A DNA stretch of 64,000 nt, from the NCBI GenBank assembly GCA_963699755.1, contig CAVOVB010000004.1, positions 96,001-160,000 on the forward strand, given 5' to 3'. The DNA is from an uncultured delta proteobacterium (GTDB lineage: Bacteria; Myxococcota_A; Polyangia; Polyangiales; Houyiibacteriaceae). The notes under the pieces are model-generated. The model was not told the origin of the DNA. It saw only the letters and a list, made by a program, of their open reading frames with translations, and searched no databases. Both the position numbers and the translations under genes were made by a program. Position 1 is the stretch's first letter. Each line of letters begins with the position of its first letter. Positions 47,953 to 57,246 of this stretch are shown here, one piece after another.

Positions 47953-48077
47953 CCACGGGGCTGGGGACAGGGCCGGTGGCGGCTGCAGGGTCATGGGCGG
48001 CGACAGGTTCGGCGGCAGAGGCAGCTACAGAGGCAGCTACAGGGACAGTGGCCATGGCACCGACAGTGACACCGACG
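47953..48077. repeat. Degenerate hexamer-periodic tract with a perfect 12-bp duplication
   Basis: GGCAGA GGCAGC TACAGA GGCAGC TACAGG GACAGT GGCCAT GGCACC GACAGT GACACC; CAGAGGCAGCTA x2 at 48016-48039. Confidence 0.65.
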
Positions 48078-48143
48078 CTCGTTCGTGAATCGGCTTCTCC
48101 GCTCGTATGGTTGGTCGACTTCTCCGGTGACTCAGTTTCGCTT

Positions 48144-48180
48144 AAACGAAAAAGCCGGAACACGAATGCCCCGGCTTTTC
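48144..48180 (-). terminator. Intrinsic terminator after groEL (possibly bidirectional)
   Basis: Minus strand GCCGGGGCA-TTCG-TGTTCCGGC followed by TTTTTCGTTT; A-tract on the other side. Confidence 0.85.
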
Positions 48181-48201
48181 CAGTAGTGAAACCGCGCGGA
48201 C

Positions 48202-49839
<1,638 letters not shown>

Positions 49840-49853
49840 GATTCTTCAGTCTC

Positions 49854-50141
49854 CTATTCGATGATCCCGAGGATGTCGTCTTCGCGGAGGATCAGGTGGT
49901 CTTCACCGTCGATCTTGACCTCCGTGCCGCCGTACTTGCCGAACAGGACGAGGTCGCCCTTCTTCACGGCAAGGGGCCGAACTTCGCCGTTATCGAGGAC
50001 GCGTCCCGTACCTACGGCGACCACCTTGGCCTCGATCGGCTTTTCCTTAGCGGTATCCGGAATGATGATCCCGCCTTTGGTTTTTTCTTCTTCCTTCACG
50101 CGCTTGACCAGAATCCGGTCATGCAATGGACGAATGGCCAT
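49854..50141 (-). CDS. groS: Co-chaperonin GroES
   Basis: [33 protein letters not shown]. Confidence 0.99.
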   Translation of the reverse strand: MAIRPLHDRILVKRVKEEEKTKGGIIIPDTAKEKPIEAKVVAVGTGRVLDNGEVRPLAVKKGDLVLFGKYGGTEVKIDGEDHLILREDDILGIIE

Positions 50142-50183
50142 TTTTCCTCCGTTTTCGGGCAGATTCGCTGCCCCTTAGCTTGA

Positions 50184-50210
50184 TTGGCACTCGATGATGG
50201 AGAGTGCTGA
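50184..50210. promoter_or_regulatory. CIRCE element (HrcA operator) upstream of groES
   Basis: TTGGCACTC-N9-GAGTGCTGA vs consensus TTAGCACTC-N9-GAGTGCTAA (2 mismatches). Confidence 0.92.
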
Positions 50211-50219
50211 TGGGCCCGC

Positions 50220-50247
50220 AACCTAGTCACGATAGATGGGGAGTCAA
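50220..50247 (-). promoter_or_regulatory. Putative sigma-70 promoter of groESL
   Basis: Minus strand TTGACT, 16-nt spacer, TAGGTT just upstream of CIRCE. Confidence 0.5.
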
Positions 50248-50323
50248 GCCAGGGCGGAGAGCTTTTTGGGGAAATGGGTGGGAGATTTGCCCGGCCGGTG
50301 AACCCTGCTAGCCTCCGCCGCCT

Positions 50324-50569
50324 ATGGCACGCGTCACGGTCGAAGACTGCTTGGAACACGAGGAAAACCGCTTTGCCCTGGTCATCTTGGCCGCGCGGCG
50401 GACCCGCCAACTCATCAAGGGCGCCCCGGCGCTGGTTCACAGCAAGAACCGGCCGGTCGTGACCGCCCTCCGCGAAATCGCCGATCATAAGGTTTACTTC
50501 GCCAGCTCGGTGAGGGGCGCGGTCGAAGAGTTCATCGTCGAGACCAAAGCCAACGAATCCCAGGCCTGA
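50324..50569 (+). CDS. rpoZ: RNA polymerase omega subunit
   Basis: [32 protein letters not shown]. Confidence 0.96.
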   Translation: MARVTVEDCLEHEENRFALVILAARRTRQLIKGAPALVHSKNRPVVTALREIADHKVYFASSVRGAVEEFIVETKANESQA

Positions 50570-50656
50570 GGCTGGCAAGCGTCAACCGGGGCTCAGACCG
50601 AGGGGAGCCCCAACTTTGCAGGCCGAGAAGGCCGCAGGTAGCCTGGTGGTGGGGTC

Positions 50657-52282
50657 ATGGCTCGCATTCGCATCATTGGGCCAAGCGGGCGGCAGGAGCG
50701 TCAGCTCTTCCGGCAGAACTCGCTTGGGCGGCACCCACGAAACACCCACCAAATCCTCGACCGGGTGGTTTCGAAGGAGCATTGCCGCATCGAGCTGATC
50801 GAGGACGAGTACGTATTGAAGGATCTAGGCTCGCTCAACGGCACGTACATCAATGGCGAACGAGTAGATGGCCGGCAGTCGCTCCAGCCCGGTGACGAGA
50901 TCACCATCGGCTCGACGCGCATCATCTTTGACCCGCCGGAACGTGGCGCCTCGATGTCGTTCGACGCGCTCCTGAGCGACGAGCCGCGCGAAGCCACGAA
51001 CCGTTTCAAGATTGGCGATACGGATGCCGGCCCGATCATTCGGGCCAAGGTTTCGGTTCTCGCCGACAAGACCTTCTTCGCCGAGGAGCTCGTTCACGAC
51101 GACGCATCGCTTCGCCGCAACTACGAAAAGCTCCGCGCCAGCTACGAAGTCACCCGCGCGATCGAGCTGGGCACCAGCATCACCGCGCTTTGCAACAAGA
51201 TTCTCGAGGTTGCCTTTCGACTCGTTCCCGCCGATCGGGGGGTGGTACTCCTGCACAACGAGCAGAATGTTCTCGAGCCGGTTTCGGTGCGCTCCGCCGC
51301 CGACGCCGACCCGAATCACGAGGTGGTGGTCTCCAAGACCGTGCTGGACACCGTGGTTCGCGAAAAGGAGGCCGTGCTCTCACACGACGCGTCGGCGGAC
51401 GCGCGTTTTCAGAGCGCGCAGTCGGTGATCATGCAAGGCATCCGCTCGACAATGTGCGTCCCTTTGCTTCACGACGACACGGTCTTGGGTGTCATGCTCC
51501 TCGACTCGAAGATCACCACCCACGCGTTTACCGAAAAGGACCTGGCGCTCTTCGAAACCGTCGCCAGCCAGGCGGCTGTCGCGGTTCAGAACACGCTGTT
51601 TGCAAAGAAGATCGAGCAAGAAGCGGTGATGCGCGAGCGGTTTCGGCGCCTTCTCTCGCCTGCGATCGCAGAGCAGGTGCTTTCCGGAGAGCTCGAAGTG
51701 ACCAAGGGCGGAGAGCTCCGAGAAACGACGATCTTGTTCGCGGACATTCGCGGCTTCACGAGCATGAGCGAATCCCACGAGCCCCGTATCGTGGTGGACG
51801 CGCTCAACGAGTACTTCGAGCGCATGGTCGACATCGTGTTCCGCCATGAAGGAACGCTCGACAAGTTCATCGGTGATGAGATGATGGTGCTTTTCGGATC
51901 GCCGGTTTCACATGCCGACGACCCCGACCGTGCGGTCCGCGCAGCGCTCGAGATGCAAGCGGCCCTCGTCGACCTGAACGTGCGACATGAAGCGCGTGGC
52001 CTCCCTCCCTTCAAGATTGGGATCGGCATCAACACAGGGGAAGTGGTGGCTGGATACATCGGAAGCAGCCAGGCACTCGAGTACACCGTCATCGGGGACC
52101 CGGTGAACACGGCCGCGCGCCTCTGCTCCCTGGCCAAGCCGGGACAGACCCTGCTCAGCGAAGGCACCGTCGAAAAGCTTACCGGTGGCTTCGCGTTCGA
52201 GGAGCTGCCTCAGGAGAAAGTGAAGGGCAAGGCCCAGCCCATTCGCGTTTTCGAGCTGCTCGACGCCGCCCATATCGAGTGA
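50657..52282 (+). CDS. FHA - GAF - class III adenylate cyclase
   Basis: FHA LGRH...VSKEHC...DLGSLNGT; GAF ADRG, STMCVPL; cyclase FADIRGFT, DKFIGD, GINTG, EYTVIGDPVNTAARL. Confidence 0.92.
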   Translation: MARIRIIGPSGRQERQLFRQNSLGRHPRNTHQILDRVVSKEHCRIELIEDEYVLKDLGSLNGTYINGERVDGRQSLQPGDEITIGSTRIIFDPPERGASMSFDALLSDEPREATNRFKIGDTDAGPIIRAKVSVLADKTFFAEELVHDDASLRRNYEKLRASYEVTRAIELGTSITALCNKILEVAFRLVPADRGVVLLHNEQNVLEPVSVRSAADADPNHEVVVSKTVLDTVVREKEAVLSHDASADARFQSAQSVIMQGIRSTMCVPLLHDDTVLGVMLLDSKITTHAFTEKDLALFETVASQAAVAVQNTLFAKKIEQEAVMRERFRRLLSPAIAEQVLSGELEVTKGGELRETTILFADIRGFTSMSESHEPRIVVDALNEYFERMVDIVFRHEGTLDKFIGDEMMVLFGSPVSHADDPDRAVRAALEMQAALVDLNVRHEARGLPPFKIGIGINTGEVVAGYIGSSQALEYTVIGDPVNTAARLCSLAKPGQTLLSEGTVEKLTGGFAFEELPQEKVKGKAQPIRVFELLDAAHIE

Positions 52283-52330
52283 GCAGCGCGGCGCTTGCCA
52301 CCCCCGGCGGATATGCCAAGCCACAGGCGC

Positions 52331-53287
52331 ATGGCCCACCTGGACTTCGAAGCGCCCCTGGTCGAGCTCGAGGAGCGGATCGCTGCCCTCAAGGCGCTGA
52401 CCGAAGCGGGTGCCCCAGAGGCCGAGGCGATCGACGGCGAGATCGACGCGCTGGAAGCCCAGGCCGAGGATCTTCAGCGCGAGCTCTATGCGGACCTGGA
52501 CGTCTGGACGAAGGTCCAGCTCAGCCGGCACCCCGATCGGCCGTACTTCCGAGACTACATCGCTCTCATGTTCGAAGACTTCGTCGAGCTGCATGGCGAC
52601 CGGACCTTCGGCGATGATCCCGCGATCATTTCTGGGTTCGCGCGTTTTGAGAGCGAAATCGTTGCGCTTATCGGACATCAAAAAGGCCGAGCTGCCAAGG
52701 ACAAGGCGTACCGAAACTTCGGCATGGCCCACCCCGAAGGCTACCGAAAAGCGATTCGTGTCATGCAGCTCGCCGAGCAAGCGGGTCGGCCCGTCCTCAC
52801 CTTCGTCGACACGCCGGGCGCCTATCCGGGCCTCGGCGCCGAAGAGCGAGGACAGGCCGAGGCGATCGGCCACGCGATCGAGGTGATGAGTGGGCTCCGC
52901 GTGCCCGTGCTGACGACGATCATCGGAGAGGGCGGTTCCGGAGGCGCCCTCGCGATCGCGGTAGCCAATCAGGTGCTGATGTTCGAATACGCGACATACA
53001 GCGTGATCACGCCGGAGGGCTGTGCGTCGATACTTTGGCGGGACGGCACCCGGAGCGCCGAGGCAGCCGAGCAGCTTCGATTGTTGGCGAACGACGCCAA
53101 GCGCCTCGGGGTGGTAGATGAGGTGGTCCCAGAACCCGCAGGCGGAGCGCACCGAAAGCCCGAAGCGGCCGCGAAGGCCCTCGGAGAGCGACTGAGTCGA
53201 CATCTAGGCCGATTTCGCGACATGTCCGGCGATGAGCTCATCAGTCAGCGATATCAGCGATTTCGGACACTTGGCAGCTGGCGCTAG
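52331..53287 (+). CDS. accA: Acetyl-CoA carboxylase carboxyltransferase alpha subunit
   Basis: LDFEAPL, SRHPDRP, ELHGDR, RNFGMAHPEGYRKA, DTPGAYPG, GEGGSGGALA, YSVITPEGCASILW. Confidence 0.97.
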   Translation: MAHLDFEAPLVELEERIAALKALTEAGAPEAEAIDGEIDALEAQAEDLQRELYADLDVWTKVQLSRHPDRPYFRDYIALMFEDFVELHGDRTFGDDPAIISGFARFESEIVALIGHQKGRAAKDKAYRNFGMAHPEGYRKAIRVMQLAEQAGRPVLTFVDTPGAYPGLGAEERGQAEAIGHAIEVMSGLRVPVLTTIIGEGGSGGALAIAVANQVLMFEYATYSVITPEGCASILWRDGTRSAEAAEQLRLLANDAKRLGVVDEVVPEPAGGAHRKPEAAAKALGERLSRHLGRFRDMSGDELISQRYQRFRTLGSWR

Positions 53288-53299
53288 GACACGCCTTTT

Positions 53300-53329
53300 T
53301 TGACGTGAGTCCGCCGGCTTACCTACGAT
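53300..53329 (+). promoter_or_regulatory. Putative sigma-70 promoter of the cpoB-like / LysM operon
   Basis: TTGACG, 18-nt spacer, TACGAT. Confidence 0.45.
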
Positions 53330-53348
53330 TCAGGTGAGGGATTGTGCC

Positions 53349-54137
53349 GTGAAGACGCTCTTCGCAGTGGCTGGTGTGTCGATACTGATCGGGTGCAGCT
53401 CGATGGGAGCGCATTCGAACGCCCAAACTGCAGCCGACGCGGCTACGAGGGACGCTGAGCTCACCGCGCTTCGCGTCCAGCTCGAAGAGCAGGAGCAGGA
53501 GCTTCGAACCGTGCGCGGTCAGCTCGCGTTGGCGCGGGCCGAGGTGCAGGAGCTCAAGGGCGACAAGGGTTTCGCCACCGACCGCGCGAGACGTCGTTCC
53601 GGCGACGAGGCACTCCCCTGGGCGAAGGACGCGGAGGGCGACCTCGAGATGGAGCCGGTGCTTCGAATCGATGGGGAGATCGTCGACGAACGCTTACCGA
53701 CTACGGCGGACGTCCCGGAGATTCCTGCCTTTGAGGAACCGCATCCCGCGGGGGCCAGCAAGGGCGAAGAGGTCAGCGTCGAAGGATACAGACGGGGCCT
53801 GAGCTTGATCCGCGAGCAGAGGTTTCAGGAGGCTTTGGTGGAGTTGGAGGCGTTTTCGTCTGCAAACCCGAGTCATCCGTACACGGACAACGCGCTCTTT
53901 TGGTGCGGCGAGATTCACTACCTGCGCCACGAGGTCGACCCCGCCCTCGACTTCTTCAAGCGCATCGAGAAACTGTATCCCTGGGCGAACAAGGCCCCCG
54001 ATGCGCTGTATCGCATCGGACAAATCTATCTGAGTCGCGGTGATAAGGCGCGTGCTCAGGCTTACTTCGACAAAGTTAGGGAGCAGTTCCCGAATACCGC
54101 CGCGGCGCGGTTGGCGCTGCGGGAGGACGCATCATGA
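53349..54137 (+). CDS. cpoB: YbgF/CpoB-like coiled-coil + TPR lipoprotein
   Basis: Lipobox LIGC, coiled coil, NPSHPYTDNALFWCGE, YPWANKAPDALYRIG, FPNTAAA; start GTG 53349 or 53334. Confidence 0.75.
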   Translation: MKTLFAVAGVSILIGCSSMGAHSNAQTAADAATRDAELTALRVQLEEQEQELRTVRGQLALARAEVQELKGDKGFATDRARRRSGDEALPWAKDAEGDLEMEPVLRIDGEIVDERLPTTADVPEIPAFEEPHPAGASKGEEVSVEGYRRGLSLIREQRFQEALVELEAFSSANPSHPYTDNALFWCGEIHYLRHEVDPALDFFKRIEKLYPWANKAPDALYRIGQIYLSRGDKARAQAYFDKVREQFPNTAAARLALREDAS

Positions 54138-55195
54138 AGCTGGTGGGATGGACGAGCATGGTGGTTGTGCTGATAGCGGGCACGGCAATCGCACAGGGTG
54201 GTGAAGGCCCTGCAACCGAAGGGGCAAAGGTGGAGGTGCCGGCAGACCTGCCTCAAACGCATACGGTCAAAGAGGGCGACACGCTCTGGGACATCACGCA
54301 GACCTACTACGGGGATCCCTACCGCTGGCCCCAGGTCTGGTCATACAACCCGGAGATCACCAATCCGCATTGGATCTATCCCGAAGCGACCGTTCGCCTT
54401 CGTCCGACCGATGGCAAGGTCGTCGAGACGCCCCCCCGCGGCTTCCAGCGGACAAAGTACAGGCCGTCCACGACCCACGCAGTCTACCAGGCCGAGTACG
54501 GCTTCCTCAACCAGAACGCTCTAGTCGACGCCGGCTACATCATCGGCGCCAACGAAGAACAGATGATGATGGTCGACACCGACACCGTATACGTCCGATT
54601 CGACAAAGGGGTGGAGCCGGAGGTCGGCCGCGTCTACACGGTCTTTCGGACCATCGAGAAGTCCGAACGCGAATCCTGGGAGAGGGGGACGCTCGTGCGC
54701 CTGCTCGGCCAACTCAAGCTCGATGACTATGACCAGAAGCACCAGATCGGTCGTGCGACGGTCATCAACGCGCTCGAAGGGCTCGAGCGAGGCTTCCGGT
54801 TCGCGCCGCTCGATCGGAACTTCTACTGGGTCGACGTGGTTCCCGCCGACCGATCGATTCGCGCCACCGTGGTGGCCAGCCTCTACCCCCGCAAGCTCCC
54901 ATCGATCAATCAGGTCGTCTTCGTGAACGTTGGCGAGGAGCAGGGCATCGTCCTCGGCAATCGGTTCTACATCGTTCGCCAGGGTGACGAGTGGCGCCGC
55001 AGCTCCGAAGGAAGCATCGGCCGCGACGTCGAAACGACCGTACCCTTGCCAGCCGAGCCGGAGCACTACCCCTGGGAGGTCGTGGCGATCGGGCGCGCGG
55101 TCAATGTGCAGCCCGAGACCACCGCGATCCTGCTCGAGCGGGCCACCAGGTCGGTGCGAATGGGCGATCGCGCCGAATTGCGCAAAGGGGAATAG
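54134..55195 (+). CDS. LysM peptidoglycan-binding protein, TsaP-like (type IV pilus secretin-associated)
   Basis: HTVKEGDTLWDI...YRWPQVWSYNPEITNPHWIYP extended LysM; beta-rich C-terminus. Confidence 0.75.
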   Translation: MKLVGWTSMVVVLIAGTAIAQGGEGPATEGAKVEVPADLPQTHTVKEGDTLWDITQTYYGDPYRWPQVWSYNPEITNPHWIYPEATVRLRPTDGKVVETPPRGFQRTKYRPSTTHAVYQAEYGFLNQNALVDAGYIIGANEEQMMMVDTDTVYVRFDKGVEPEVGRVYTVFRTIEKSERESWERGTLVRLLGQLKLDDYDQKHQIGRATVINALEGLERGFRFAPLDRNFYWVDVVPADRSIRATVVASLYPRKLPSINQVVFVNVGEEQGIVLGNRFYIVRQGDEWRRSSEGSIGRDVETTVPLPAEPEHYPWEVVAIGRAVNVQPETTAILLERATRSVRMGDRAELRKGE

Positions 55196-55251
55196 CTCCC
55201 CCTCAAAGGTCGTTGCGTCTATGACCCGCTTTGGGGGACTATCGGCCCTGT

Positions 55252-57066
55252 ATGGCTTCAGACGGCGACCGAGACGGCCAGGAGGCGCTGCGACTGCAAA
55301 ACGTCGTAGAGCGCGAGAGGGCCAAGCTGCGGGCGCTTCAGGACATCAGCTCGGCGCTCGGATCCACCCTCGACCTCGGCGAGCTGCTCGACATGATCCT
55401 CGACCGGATTTCCGAGGTCATCGAAGCGGATCGATCAACCCTCTACCTATTGGACGAGGAAACCGATGAGCTCTGGTCGAAGGTCGTTCAAGGGGACGAG
55501 GTCCACGAGATCCGCCTCAAGCCGGGCGAGGGGCTCGCCGGAGCGGTTGCAAGCACGGGTAGGCCGCTCAACATCAAGGATGCCTACCAGGATGTGCGAT
55601 TCGACGCGGCCTGGGATCGGGCGACCGGATACCGCACGCGCTCGACGCTCTGCGTGCCGATGAAGAACCAGCACGGTCGTACCATTGGCGTGGTGCAGGT
55701 CCTCAACAAGCACGAAGGGCACTTCACGGTCGGCGATGAGGCGCTGCTGACGGCGCTCGCAAGCCACGCAGCCGTGTCGATCGAGAACTCGAAGCTATTC
55801 CTTTCCGTGGTCGGCAAGAACATCGAGCTGCTAGAAACGAAAGAGAAGCTCGAGAAAAAGATTCGCGAGCTCGATGTCCTGTTCGAGATCACTCAGGTTG
55901 CCGCGAGCGCGATGGAGATCGATGACCTTTTGGCCGGCGTGCTCGCTCGGACGATGCGCGCAACCGACGCGGAGGCAGCATCGATTCTCATCGCAGACGA
56001 ATACACCGGAGACCTGACGTTCCGCGCCGCCGTTGGAGGCGAGCCGGACCGTGTCAAGAAGATGAAAATCAAAGCCGGGCAGGGCATCTCCGGCTGGGTC
56101 GCCGAACACGGCCGGCCTCAAATCGTCAACCAGGCCGCAAACGATCCGCGACACTCGACTCACATCTCGGACGCGGTTGGCTATCACCCAAAGTCGGTCC
56201 TCTGTGTTCCGTTACGCTGGGACGACGGCTCGGGCGCCTTGCAACTTCTCAATAAGTCGGGCGGTCGCGCTCCGTTCATCGACGACGATCTCAAGATGGC
56301 CACTGTCATTGCCGGGCATCTCTCCACGGCCATCGCCCAGGCGCAGTCACGGGCACAGAAAACCCGGCAGGAGCGCCTGAGCACCTTAGGCCGCTTCCTC
56401 TCGAGCATGCTCCATGATTTGAAGACCCCGCTGACGGTGATTTCCGGCTACACGCAAATGCTAGTCCAAGAGGGGGACGAGGATGAACGCCGGAAGCTCG
56501 CCGCTTCGATCCGTCGTCAGGTTCAGCTCCTCACGACCATGATGGGCGAGACCTTGGCCTTCGCGAAGGGCGAGCGACGAATCTTGATCCGCCGCGTGTA
56601 CATGCACACCTTTTTCGAGGAGCTCGCTGAACAACTGAGGCCCGAGCTTGCCGAACGCGGCATCCGCCTCGAGCTCTCCCTCTGCGACCGCGGAATCGCG
56701 CATTTCGACGAAGAAAAGATGCAGCGCGTCTTCCACAACCTCGCGCGCAACGCGGCCGAGGCCATTGGCGAGCGGGGCGGGTTGTGCCGCATCGAAGTCG
56801 ACCGCGCCGAAGACGGCAATCTCGTGTTGACCTTCGCCGATGACGGCCCAGGTGTATCGGAGGAGATCCGCGAGCGCCTCTTCGAGTCGTTCACCACTCA
56901 CGGCAAGAAGGGTGGCACCGGTTTGGGCCTCGCCATCGTCCAGAGCATCGTGGAGGATCACGGCGGGACCGTGACCGTAGACAGCAGGCCAGGGCGAACG
57001 GCGTTTCAGATCGTGCTGCCGCAACCACAGCTGAGGACGAGCACGAGGCCGGCGGCGGCGGAGTAG
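55252..57066 (+). CDS. Cytoplasmic GAF-GAF sensor histidine kinase
   Basis: Two GAFs (DRSTLYL...TGYRTRSTLCVP...VLNK; SVLCVP..LLNK); H-box MLHDLKTPL; NLARNA, DDGPG, GTGLGL. Confidence 0.92.
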   Translation: MASDGDRDGQEALRLQNVVERERAKLRALQDISSALGSTLDLGELLDMILDRISEVIEADRSTLYLLDEETDELWSKVVQGDEVHEIRLKPGEGLAGAVASTGRPLNIKDAYQDVRFDAAWDRATGYRTRSTLCVPMKNQHGRTIGVVQVLNKHEGHFTVGDEALLTALASHAAVSIENSKLFLSVVGKNIELLETKEKLEKKIRELDVLFEITQVAASAMEIDDLLAGVLARTMRATDAEAASILIADEYTGDLTFRAAVGGEPDRVKKMKIKAGQGISGWVAEHGRPQIVNQAANDPRHSTHISDAVGYHPKSVLCVPLRWDDGSGALQLLNKSGGRAPFIDDDLKMATVIAGHLSTAIAQAQSRAQKTRQERLSTLGRFLSSMLHDLKTPLTVISGYTQMLVQEGDEDERRKLAASIRRQVQLLTTMMGETLAFAKGERRILIRRVYMHTFFEELAEQLRPELAERGIRLELSLCDRGIAHFDEEKMQRVFHNLARNAAEAIGERGGLCRIEVDRAEDGNLVLTFADDGPGVSEEIRERLFESFTTHGKKGGTGLGLAIVQSIVEDHGGTVTVDSRPGRTAFQIVLPQPQLRTSTRPAAAE

Positions 57067-57246
57067 GCGGACACGGACAGCGGCGCTGATGCCGACGCTG
57101 TCGCCGAATTACAAAGGGCGATGACTCGGACGTATTCGAGGCTTTCGCAAATCGGTAGTCAGTACTAAGCTCGCTGGGCAACCCATCGCGCTCCGCCGAA
57201 GGCCGAGAAGCATTGGTGGAGGAGCAACCCTTCTCGGAGAACCTCG

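Noticed and set aside
47953..48077. CRISPR array
   Set aside because: Short degenerate tandem units with no unique spacers and no cas genes
51908..53203. 431-aa minus-strand ORF, and similar ones at 35635-36798, 41342-42490 and 58522-59685
   Set aside because: All lie antisense to well-supported genes and lack domain signatures
57190..57246. Glycine riboswitch (CGCCGAAGG present)
   Set aside because: Lacks the upstream GGAGA and downstream CTCTCAGG elements, and the downstream gene is unrelated to glycine
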